This document shows, in pieces, positions 1 through 7,531 of a stretch of 36,294 bases of DNA. The translations under genes were made by a program, and so were the position numbers. The DNA is from an uncultured Candidatus Bathyarchaeia archaeon (lineage in GTDB: Archaea; Thermoproteota; Bathyarchaeia; TCS64): assembly GCA_964347405.1 (NCBI GenBank), contig CAYFYM010000069.1, forward strand, positions 1 through 36,294. The letters are read 5' to 3'. Below the pieces are notes generated by a model that did not search any database, had not been told where the DNA came from, and was given only the letters and a program-made list of their open reading frames with translations. The first letter of the stretch is position 1, and each line of letters opens with the position of its first letter.

Positions 1-234
1 TCTTTGAGAGAATCGAGAAACCTTTTATCTTCGCCATTTTCATAACCTCTATGCGCTCCGCCTCCGGAGCCCAGACTCGGTAACAGCGTTTATGTTAGCC
101 GAATCCCACATCATGTTAAATGAAGAATATTTATAACGTTTTTTAGCTTCCAAGTGTTTTTCGCATAAAATCTCAGAAGTAGAAGTGTTCTTTTTATGAA
201 CTTAGATGGCTACAAATGAAAAAATATTGGCGCC

Positions 235-981
235 TTATGTCTCCCAGTTTTTCTCATCCATCTCCGCTATGAAGTCGACGAGGAGGCTAACCAGAGCCTC
301 GTGCATGAGCTCCCCCTTCCTGCGCGTGGCCTTAGACGGGTCCCCGGTGGCGCCGTAGGGCGTGAGCTCGTCGAAGGTCCACTTCACCTCGACGTGAGGC
401 GGCAGGTCCGGGACGACTCCCTTGGCTTTACCCATGTCCACGAGGCCCGGGTCCACCCTGAGCATCATGCTGGTCTCGCCCTCGCCGGCGTGGCCTAGGC
501 CGCCCCAGACCTTGAAGGTGTCCTCCGGGACTAGCCTGCCGGCGGCCACCCACCACGCCTCAAGCACCGAGATCTTGAACCCGGGGTGAAGCGTCCTGTA
601 CTCGCGGGAGGAGGCGTCGATGGCCGGTATGTTGCCGTCGTGGCCGTTGACTATGAGGAGCCGCTTGACGCCGTGCTTGTTCAGCGACTCATAGACCTCC
701 GTGAGGACGTTCATCAGGGTCTCGGTGCTCAGGGATATGGCTATGGGGAAGCTGCTGTAGTGGGCGCTCATGCCTATGGGGATGGTTGGCAGCATCAGCA
801 GCCCCTCCACCCTCTCGGAGACCTCGCGGGCCAGGTGCTCCGCCACCAGCGTGTCCGTCCCGTATGGCAGGTGGTCCCCGTGGTACTCTGTGGAACCCAC
901 AGCGAGCACCGCCTTGTCGTAGCCGCGCTCCCTGTACTCGTGGCCCTTCAACCTGAGAAGACTGTGACTCAAACACATCAC
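235..981 (-). CDS. creatininase-family amidohydrolase (creatinine amidohydrolase/ArfB-like)
   Basis: 248-aa ORF. The motifs VLAVGSTEYHGDHLPYGTD and GHAGEGETS are typical of the creatininase metal-binding fold. High GC3 coding pattern. Confidence 0.8.
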   Translation of the reverse strand: MMCLSHSLLRLKGHEYRERGYDKAVLAVGSTEYHGDHLPYGTDTLVAEHLAREVSERVEGLLMLPTIPIGMSAHYSSFPIAISLSTETLMNVLTEVYESLNKHGVKRLLIVNGHDGNIPAIDASSREYRTLHPGFKISVLEAWWVAAGRLVPEDTFKVWGGLGHAGEGETSMMLRVDPGLVDMGKAKGVVPDLPPHVEVKWTFDELTPYGATGDPSKATRRKGELMHEALVSLLVDFIAEMDEKNWET

Positions 982-1020
982 AGGAAACGTATGGAGCCGC
1001 CACGTTAATATGCTTCAGGG

Positions 1021-1494
1021 TCACTCGTCGGGGGCCACGGGGTCGGGCTGATCCGGGCCCACGCGGCCGACCCTGATGTCCGCGTATATGAAGTTCTCCG
1101 AAGGCACAGGCGAGCCGGCCAGGCGCCTCAGCATCAGCAGCTGGCCCACGTGGGCCATGGCGTCCGAAAGCGGCCCCTGGAGGAGCTGCGTCTCCGATAC
1201 CGTCCTCGGCTTGCCCGCCGCCATGGACGCGTCGAGCCTCCTCAGCGTCTCGTAGAAGTGATCCACCTCGCCGCCCCAAGGCTTGAGGTCGGAGTATGTG
1301 GTCTCGTACCGCTCGTAGAAGCTGTGGGCGTAACACAGCACCCCGGTCACGTGGTGCAGTATCCGCCTAGGCGTCCTCACGCCCATACCGGCCTCCAGAT
1401 CGGGGTAGCCGGGCGGCGCGTCCCTGATGGCCTTGGAGGCGTGGTACGCTATGCTCGCAAGGAAGTGCCTGAGAACCCTGTCCAGGTCGTCCAT
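1021..1494 (-). CDS. DinB-like four-helix-bundle family protein
   Basis: 157-aa ORF with spaced His residues (ILHHVTG..., AMAHVGQLLMLRR) resembling the DinB/DinB_2 family. The assignment is by motif only. Confidence 0.55.
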   Translation of the reverse strand: MDDLDRVLRHFLASIAYHASKAIRDAPPGYPDLEAGMGVRTPRRILHHVTGVLCYAHSFYERYETTYSDLKPWGGEVDHFYETLRRLDASMAAGKPRTVSETQLLQGPLSDAMAHVGQLLMLRRLAGSPVPSENFIYADIRVGRVGPDQPDPVAPDE

Positions 1495-1544
1495 GCACTA
1501 GATGAACCGGGGGAGGCATTGAGGCTTTCGACCGGGACGACCCG

Positions 1545-2486
1545 TCACCCGGGGCTGTCCGCCTCGGCCTCGTCCAGACGCCTCACCTCGTCCAGCGCCT
1601 TGATCGCCACCTCGATCATGTCAGGCATCGGTTCCTTCGTGGTGAGCCTCTGGAACGCCAGCCCAGGCACCGTCATCAACCGAATAACCGGGGAGTCCCT
1701 GTGCCTGTCGCTGAGCCTCAGCGCCTCATAGGAGAGCCCCGCCAGCAACGGTATCAACAACACCCTGTACGCAATCCTCAGCATGAGGCTGTAGGACGGT
1801 ATGAGGCTGAAAACCACCACGCTGATGAGCACCACTATGAAAAGGAAGCTGGTGCCGCAGCGGGGATGAATCCTCGGGTACCCCTCCACCTCCTCCACCG
1901 TCAAGCCGGCCCCCGCCTCGAAGGCGTTGATGGCCTTGTGCTCGGCGCCGTGGTACTGGAGCACCCGCCGCATCTCCCCCCACCGGGAGATGGCGTACAG
2001 GTACCCCGTGAACATGGCGAGCCTGACCAGCGCCTCCACGAGGCTGAACGTGAAGCCCTCCAGGTGCAGGTAGTTGGTGAGCACGAACGGCACCACCATG
2101 AAAACGCTGCTTATCACCACCACCAGCGCCACCACAAGCAGGTAGTCGGTGAACCCGAACTCCTCCTGCTCCTCTTCCAGCGCCACGTCCGCGGACCGGA
2201 AGACGCCCTTCACGCCCCAGTACATGGCCTCCAGCATGGCCACCACGCCCCTCACCACCGGGAGGCCCAGCGCCCGGCTCCTCCGCGTCAGCGACGATAT
2301 CCCCTGGCTGATGGTGGCTATCTCGCCGTCGGGCCGCCTCACGCACATCACCAGGTGGCTTCGGCTCCGCATCATCACCCCCTCTATGAGGGCTTGGCCG
2401 CCGAAGGCGAGGCTCTGCTCCTCGCCTCCGCCCCCTGGCTCGGTCATGGGGTATACAGCGGCGCCCAGCATGATAAAAGCTGTCAT
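1545..2486 (-). CDS. DUF1385 domain membrane protein
   Basis: 313-aa ORF with the hallmark YHGAEHKAINAFE motif and several hydrophobic segments, as in the DUF1385 family. Confidence 0.8.
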   Translation of the reverse strand: MTAFIMLGAAVYPMTEPGGGGEEQSLAFGGQALIEGVMMRSRSHLVMCVRRPDGEIATISQGISSLTRRSRALGLPVVRGVVAMLEAMYWGVKGVFRSADVALEEEQEEFGFTDYLLVVALVVVISSVFMVVPFVLTNYLHLEGFTFSLVEALVRLAMFTGYLYAISRWGEMRRVLQYHGAEHKAINAFEAGAGLTVEEVEGYPRIHPRCGTSFLFIVVLISVVVFSLIPSYSLMLRIAYRVLLIPLLAGLSYEALRLSDRHRDSPVIRLMTVPGLAFQRLTTKEPMPDMIEVAIKALDEVRRLDEAEADSPG

Positions 2487-2532
2487 GTCTCCGGGTCCAC
2501 CTTCACCCTTAAACCATTAAAACGCGTCCAGC

Positions 2533-3006
2533 GTGAACTCAACCATGCTGCATGATGGACTGGACCGGCTGGTGGACGAGTCGCGGCTCTACCACTCCAT
2601 GCTGAAGCCCGGGGCGGGCGAGAGCCGGGTGGGCGTCAGGCTCACAGACACCGGCGAGGCGTCCACCCTGGTCCTCGGCGAGGAGATAGCCGTCACAGAT
2701 GGGCTGGACCGGGCTCACGTGGTCATAGCCATGGAGAGCGCCGTTTTCGCGGGGCTGCTGGCGGGCGAAGCGGACTTCGGCGCCCTCATCGGACGCTCCA
2801 GGGCCTCGGACGTCCGGCCCATAAACCTGGAGTTCCTGGACCCGTCGAAGGCCGCTGAGGCTTGGGAGGAGGCCAAGCCCCTCATGAGCTTCTTCTTCAG
2901 CCCGGGGCGCGTCAAGTCCAAGACCCTGAGCCCCGGGTACGCGGGGGAGGCCCACGGCGGCCACCCGATCCCCCTGGTGTACTGGGATGGGCTGCGTTCA
3001 AGCTGA
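2533..3006 (+). CDS. SCP2/sterol-carrier-like domain protein (possibly the N-terminal part of a fusion with the downstream cupin)
   Basis: 157-aa ORF. The pattern VGVRLTDTGEASTLVLGEE...AHVVIAMESAVFAGLLAGEADFGALIG resembles the SCP2 fold. It ends at TGA 3004-3006, overlapping the cupin frame. Confidence 0.45.
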   Translation: MNSTMLHDGLDRLVDESRLYHSMLKPGAGESRVGVRLTDTGEASTLVLGEEIAVTDGLDRAHVVIAMESAVFAGLLAGEADFGALIGRSRASDVRPINLEFLDPSKAAEAWEEAKPLMSFFFSPGRVKSKTLSPGYAGEAHGGHPIPLVYWDGLRSS

Positions 3007-3233
3007 TACCATGTGCCGCGGGGGGGGGGGCGACGCTGAACGAGGCTGGGGAGGCCGACCCGTACCCCCAGCTATTCGTGATCCTTGGGGGGCGCGGCAG
3101 GCTGGTCCTGGATGAGATGGTGGTCGAGGTGGAGGCGGGTAGGGCGTACTATGTCCCGCCGGACTCGGTTCACATGGTGGAGGCGGGGACGGACGTCACG
3201 CTCATCTGGATCGCGTGGGACACGCCGCCGTGA
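2862..3233 (+). CDS. small cupin-domain protein, start unresolved (apparent frame disruption)
   Basis: The last ~80 codons read as a cupin barrel (FKLIPCAAGGG...LFVILGGRGRLVLDE...AGRAYYVPPDSVHMVEAG...LIWIAW). The first ~45 codons overlap the SCP2-like ORF in another frame and look like GC-rich off-frame noise. Confidence 0.45.
   Translation: MGGGQAPHELLLQPGARQVQDPEPRVRGGGPRRPPDPPGVLGWAAFKLIPCAAGGGATLNEAGEADPYPQLFVILGGRGRLVLDEMVVEVEAGRAYYVPPDSVHMVEAGTDVTLIWIAWDTPP
3020..3030. repeat. G11 homopolymer tract inside the cupin reading frame
   Basis: Direct count of 11 consecutive G, lying 9 nt downstream of an out-of-frame ATG (3011). Confidence 0.95.
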
Positions 3234-3244
3234 CAAGCCACCTG

Positions 3245-4024
3245 TCACCGATCCGGTTTCTGAGCCACGACGATGATCTCGCCTGTCCCGTCATACGGGG
3301 TTTCATAATAATCACTGAACACTGACTGGACCACGAAGCCGGCTTTCTCCAGAAGCAGCTCCAGCTCATAGCGGAACGTGTACCTGGTGTCGAGTGGTAC
3401 AATCCGTTTGCGGACCAAGTTGCCGTCTGGGCCATACTCCTCGAAAAGTATCTCCTCGCTGTATATCTGGTTGAGCTGGTCTGTGCCGAGGAACCTCCTC
3501 TTATGGACCACCTTGTTACCGTTGGGCAGGGTGAACTCCCTTCGGAAGCTGAACTCCTCCTCAGGCGGCTGGGCAAGCTTGCTGAATCGGGGAGAGTAGA
3601 GGTCCATCAACAGCAGGCCGCCGGGGCGCAGGTGCCGTAGGACGCAGCTTAGGCACCCTAGCTGGCTCTCCTGGGTGAACAGGTGCATGAAGGACCGGAC
3701 TGCCGCGAAGGTCATGCCGAAGCCCTTCACCGGTAGGTCGAAGTCGGCCATGTCGCCGCGTGTCAGCATCACCCTGTCCCAAAGGTTTTTCTCGGTGATC
3801 TTCTGCCTAGCGACCTCCAGCATGTTCTCGCTTAGGTCCAGTCCGTGGACCTTGAACCCGGCCTCCGCGATGGGTATGAGGACCCTGCCTGTGCCGCAGG
3901 CAAGCTCCAGTATTGGCCCACCTGTCTCCTCCGCGTACCCTATGTAGAAGGGTATGTCCTCGGTCATGGGGCCGCCGACGTGGTCGTGGTCATAGTACTC
4001 AGCGTAATCGACATACCTTGGCAT
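3245..4024 (-). CDS. class I SAM-dependent methyltransferase
   Basis: I trimmed the ORF to the internal ATG at 4024 (MPRYVDYAEYYD...). It carries SAM-binding motif I, ILELACGTGRV, followed by HGLDLSENML. The upstream extension of the 361-aa ORF is Arg/Gly/Pro-rich noise. Confidence 0.85.
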   Translation of the reverse strand: MPRYVDYAEYYDHDHVGGPMTEDIPFYIGYAEETGGPILELACGTGRVLIPIAEAGFKVHGLDLSENMLEVARQKITEKNLWDRVMLTRGDMADFDLPVKGFGMTFAAVRSFMHLFTQESQLGCLSCVLRHLRPGGLLLMDLYSPRFSKLAQPPEEEFSFRREFTLPNGNKVVHKRRFLGTDQLNQIYSEEILFEEYGPDGNLVRKRIVPLDTRYTFRYELELLLEKAGFVVQSVFSDYYETPYDGTGEIIVVAQKPDR

Positions 4025-4110
4025 ACCGTTCAGCTTATTCTCAGTCTTCACTGTTAATTTATTAGTTGCTGCACATTGTCCATCGGTAACCAGAGAAAGC
4101 TTCACTCGCC

Positions 4111-4353
4111 CTATGGGCCCGTGTTTCTCTGAAGCATCGGCCGTACCTTGAGGTATATGTGCAGGAACAGCAGGACCGTGAAAGCTTGAAGCAGGTTTCC
4201 GTGCAGCCAGAGAGACCTCTCCTTGGTGAGCAGCCCCATGGACAGGCCCTCCATCAGCCTTTGATCCGAGATGCCCACGCCGGTGACCACGTACAGGAAG
4301 GTCACGGCGGTGAACGCTAGGTGGACCCACCGCCTCAGAGTCCCCTTCTCCAT
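4111..4353 (-). CDS. small two-TM His-containing membrane protein, putative partner of the upstream Moco-domain protein
   Basis: The ATG at 4353 lies 2 nt after the TAG stop of the upstream gene. The product is 80 aa (MEKGTLRRWVHLAFTAVTFLYVVTG...LWLHGNLLQAFTVLLFLHIYL) with two hydrophobic helices bearing conserved-looking His residues. Confidence 0.5.
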   Translation of the reverse strand: MEKGTLRRWVHLAFTAVTFLYVVTGVGISDQRLMEGLSMGLLTKERSLWLHGNLLQAFTVLLFLHIYLKVRPMLQRNTGP

Positions 4354-4355
4354 GG

Positions 4356-5030
4356 CTACCTCTCCCAGAACGAGTCGTCGAGGTCCCCGCTGTTGCTGTA
4401 GCCGCGTCTCTCCCAGTAGCCCTCGTAGCCCGCGTCGTCGCTGAACTCCAGCTCCACCACCCACTTGCACCACTTGTAGCCCCACTTGGACTCGGCGACC
4501 AGCTGGAACGGGAACCCGTTCTCCTTGGGCAGAGTCACTCCGTTTATCTTGTACGCCAGTATGAGGTCGTTCTCCTCGATGTACTCCAGGGGCAGGCTAG
4601 TGGTGTACCCGTCCTCGGCGTGGAATATCACGGTCACGGCGTCGCCTGTCGGCTTCGCGGGTTCCACCAGGTCCATTATCGGGACGCCCTCCCAGAGGAC
4701 CGTGGCGCTCCACCCCTCGACGCAGTTAAGGGTGACCACCTTCTCCTGGGCCGTGAAGTTCTCCAGCACCTGATTGTAGCTGTACTCCGTCGGGGTCTCC
4801 ACCAGCCCCGTTATTTTCAGCCTGTAGTCAGTGATGTTCACTGTCTGGGGTCCCTTGATGCTGTTCTCCCTGAACGCTGAGATGGAGGACAGACGCTGGC
4901 CCTGGTACTCCCTCACCTCCACGTAGTCCCTGCCAGCCGGCGACGAAAGCTGGTTGAACGTGTACGCCCCCACCACCAACAGCAGTAGAGCCGAGACCAG
5001 CAGCGACCCGTCCACCCTCTTCAACGCCAC
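4356..5030 (-). CDS. molybdopterin-binding oxidoreductase domain protein (sulfite-oxidase/MsrP-like), N-terminally membrane anchored
   Basis: 224-aa ORF. VVTLNCVEGWSATVLWEGVPIMDLV and GFPFQLVAESKWGYKWCKWV match the oxidoreductase molybdopterin-binding domain. GTG start preceded by GAGGAGA. Confidence 0.8.
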   Translation of the reverse strand: MALKRVDGSLLVSALLLLVVGAYTFNQLSSPAGRDYVEVREYQGQRLSSISAFRENSIKGPQTVNITDYRLKITGLVETPTEYSYNQVLENFTAQEKVVTLNCVEGWSATVLWEGVPIMDLVEPAKPTGDAVTVIFHAEDGYTTSLPLEYIEENDLILAYKINGVTLPKENGFPFQLVAESKWGYKWCKWVVELEFSDDAGYEGYWERRGYSNSGDLDDSFWER

Positions 5031-5427
5031 CGTCTCCTCAGCCCACGCAAAGCCTGACTTATGGTTGACCGCATCTGTCGCACCGTCTCCCCCAAGGAAG
5101 GGCGGCTGAAATAGTGATCACTCTATGACCGAAGCCGTTTATCCACCCGGCTTGGAAAACGGCGGTCAGCGGCCCCGCCTCGCCAGGGTGCTCGTGGAGA
5201 TTGAGTGCGTCGCCTACAAGCTGTGACGTGCGCGCCGTCAACTCCACCGTGCATGGGCCGCGAGTCTCGGGGGCATTTTCCATGTTTTAAATGAAAAAAA
5301 TTCCAGAAAACCCCGTAAAACCAATGAAAAGCGATATATTTGATAGCGAAAATTGTGGAAAAGCGTTTTTTCCTTAAAAAACTATGCAGGAAAACGGGAA
5401 AAACCTGGGGGAGGTGTGTTAACGAGC

Positions 5428-5437
5428 TATTTAAAAG
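5428..5437 (+). promoter_or_regulatory. TATA-box-like element upstream of aIF-1A
   Basis: TATTTAAAAG sits in an AT-rich spacer ~36-45 nt upstream of the GTG start at 5473. No experimental support. Confidence 0.3.
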
Positions 5438-5472
5438 GAGCCACCCGTTAATAGGGGTGGATTTGCGTCAAA

Positions 5473-5787
5473 GTGGGTAAAAGACTAGTAAAGAACGAAG
5501 GCGACATCCGGAGGAACATGAAGCTCCCCAACAAGTACGATATACTGGGGATAGTCACCAAGAACTACGGCCAGGCTCGCATGAACGTGAAGTGTCAGGA
5601 CGGCGAGACCCGTATATGCCGCGTCCGGGGAAAGATGAAGAAGCGGCGATGGGTGCGTGAAGGGGACGTGGTGTTGATCAGCCCCTGGGAGTTCCAGGCG
5701 GACCAGAAGGGGGACATCGTCTTCAGGTACACGCGGAACCAGGCGCACTGGCTCAGGCAGAACGACTTCCTGAGGATAGACGAGTAA
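5473..5787 (+). CDS. eif1a: translation initiation factor aIF-1A
   Basis: 104-aa ORF with an S1/OB-fold signature (ILGIVTKNYGQARMNVKCQDGETRICRVRGKMKKRRWVREGDVVLISPWEF) characteristic of archaeal/eukaryotic IF-1A. Confidence 0.95.
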   Translation: MGKRLVKNEGDIRRNMKLPNKYDILGIVTKNYGQARMNVKCQDGETRICRVRGKMKKRRWVREGDVVLISPWEFQADQKGDIVFRYTRNQAHWLRQNDFLRIDE

Positions 5788-5814
5788 TCCGGCATAATCT
5801 ACCGTTCTATTGAA

Positions 5815-6060
5815 GCTTTAGGTTAGCAGCCTATCTGTTTCTGTCGTCAAGCCGTAGGTCGTCCATCCCGTCTCTACGTGGCGTCAAGGCCGTGCTGGAC
5901 CCCGGTGTAAGATGCGACAAGGGGCGGCTGTTCACAGACTTGCACATCCTATAAGTAGGCAAAACTCTTGGGAGCCGCAACGAGGACACCCTTAATGGGA
6001 TGAGAACACCCCCGCGCCGGTCTAGGCGGTGGGGAAGGCCCCGAAGAGGCAACCTAAGGC
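5815..6060 (+). ncRNA. candidate structured ncRNA (~246 nt), class undetermined
   Basis: GC-rich non-coding gap. A 10-bp closing helix pairs 5815-5824 (GCUUUAGGUU) with 6051-6060 (AACCUAAGGC). A second helix pairs 5825-5831 with 5926-5932. Several GC hairpins are present (for example 6031-6042 GGGGAAGGCCCC). G-U wobbles favour the plus strand, and a U8 tract follows. Confidence 0.35.
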
Positions 6061-6065
6061 CTCCA

Positions 6066-6073
6066 TTTTTTTT
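6066..6073 (+). terminator. oligo-T (T8) archaeal-type terminator
   Basis: Eight consecutive T immediately after the structured region and before the next gene. Confidence 0.45.
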
Positions 6074-6150
6074 CAATGGTTTAACGCCTAGCCGAGGGCG
6101 TGGGTGGGCTGGCCAAGGTAAATATATGCCGCGGAGCGGGTAATACGGAG

Positions 6151-6702
6151 ATGACCCGCGAGAACCTGTGGAAGATTATGCTCATCGTGCCTTCGAGCGT
6201 GTTATTTTTCATAGTGGTCCCGCTGGCGTCTTCGATCATCGGCAGGCGGGTCGACTCGCTCTTAGGGCTGCCGGCGCTTGAGCCGGGCGCCGGTGGCATG
6301 GTCGCCGCGACTTTGCTGTCACTAGTCGGGGCCTACTACGTCCTCGGGTCCATACGGGTTCTCTTCGTCGAGGGAGGCGGGGTTCCCCTCGGGGACGTGC
6401 TGCCCGGCAACCAGTCCACGGAGCTGGTGACCGGCGGCGTCTACCGTTCAACACGGAACCCGATGCTCTTCGGGTACCTACTCTGCCTAGTCGCGCTGGG
6501 CGTGGCGCTGAGCTCGGTGACCATGTCGTTCATCATACCATCCATCTTCGTTGTTCTCTGGGGCGTGTGGCTCAAGAAGAGGGAGGAGCCAGGGCTGGAA
6601 GCCCGCTTTGGAGAGCCCTACAGGGAGTACAGGAGGAGGACTCCTTTCTTGGTGCCGAGGCCCTGGAGACGGCGAGTGACGTGCTGCAGAGCTTGTATAT
6701 AG
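6151..6702 (+). CDS. isoprenylcysteine carboxyl / phospholipid methyltransferase (ICMT/PEMT) family membrane protein
   Basis: I chose the ATG at 6151 because AAATATAT lies ~25 nt upstream, consistent with a leaderless start. Multi-TM protein with LVTGGVYRSTRNPMLFGY and a C-terminal EEPGLEARFGEPYREY motif typical of the family. Confidence 0.75.
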   Translation: MTRENLWKIMLIVPSSVLFFIVVPLASSIIGRRVDSLLGLPALEPGAGGMVAATLLSLVGAYYVLGSIRVLFVEGGGVPLGDVLPGNQSTELVTGGVYRSTRNPMLFGYLLCLVALGVALSSVTMSFIIPSIFVVLWGVWLKKREEPGLEARFGEPYREYRRRTPFLVPRPWRRRVTCCRACI

Positions 6703-6724
6703 CTTAACGGCTGTACGGCTTCGT

Positions 6725-7339
6725 TCATTCCATTTGTCTGAGGTACTCTTCGCTACGCATGACGTGTCCATACATCAGGGGCCAGCCGTGGCTCAGCAGG
6801 TGCCTCTTCTGATCCTGTTTAACGGGGTCGTCCATGGACTCGACAAGGTCTGAAAGGATGATGGTGAAGAATCCTCTGCCCCAGCCGTCCACGATGGTGG
6901 CGTTGACGCATCCATCCGCGTAGAACCCCGCGACCAGGTAGGCTTCGGAGCCTATGGCTTCTCTCAGCCGGGGGTTGGTGAAGGCATAGTAGCTGTTCTT
7001 CACGACTACCTGGTCTCTGGGCTTCACCTCTATCCCTGACTGGAACTCTGAGTACTCATCGACGTGTTCGGTGACGTAGAACGTCGCCCAGGGGTTCTCA
7101 CGGTAGAGCCTGTTGATGTTGCTGGGCAGGTTTTCCTCTGTCCAGGGGACCGGCTTGACCCAGATGACCCTGCCCCCGTTAGCCCGGTGCCGTTCAGCGA
7201 ACTCATTCAGCCGGGGGATCGTTTCCCTTACCTTGCTGAAGTGTATGTTCCACTCGGGGCGCTCGTACTCTCTGCCGCAGCACCCTTTAACCGGGTCGAC
7301 GACCACTAGGGGGTGAGGCTCCGCGTCTACCTTGATCAT
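6725..7339 (-). CDS. isochorismatase-family (cysteine hydrolase) protein
   Basis: PLVVVDPVKGCC and YLVAGFYADGCVNATIVD are motifs of the isochorismatase fold. The start at ATG 7339 is preferred; a longer option starts at 7432. Confidence 0.7.
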   Translation of the reverse strand: MIKVDAEPHPLVVVDPVKGCCGREYERPEWNIHFSKVRETIPRLNEFAERHRANGGRVIWVKPVPWTEENLPSNINRLYRENPWATFYVTEHVDEYSEFQSGIEVKPRDQVVVKNSYYAFTNPRLREAIGSEAYLVAGFYADGCVNATIVDGWGRGFFTIILSDLVESMDDPVKQDQKRHLLSHGWPLMYGHVMRSEEYLRQME

Positions 7340-7531
7340 GTCGGTTAGTCGGTTCAAGTGAGAGCTTAAATCCTTTAGGCATCCGCCTTGGAAAGGCTGT
7401 GACTTTACCAAAGCGGGATACTTGGAACACACGACGGCTGTTGTTTAACGTTTTAGAACACTCGTTCAAATACGTAGGATGATATACGCGTTTCCTTTAT
7501 TTTTACCTGAAGCAAGTAACGAGGAATATGC

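Noticed and set aside
1-43. Possible 5' end of a minus-strand gene (MKMAKIKGFSILSK...) running off the left edge.
   Set aside because: Only 14 codons are visible, which gives no way to assess coding potential or family.
5831-6076. 81-aa ORF on the minus strand between aIF-1A and the ICMT-like gene.
   Set aside because: The translation is Arg/Leu/Pro-rich with no motif. The region is better explained by the plus-strand structured RNA candidate with its closing helix and U8 tail.
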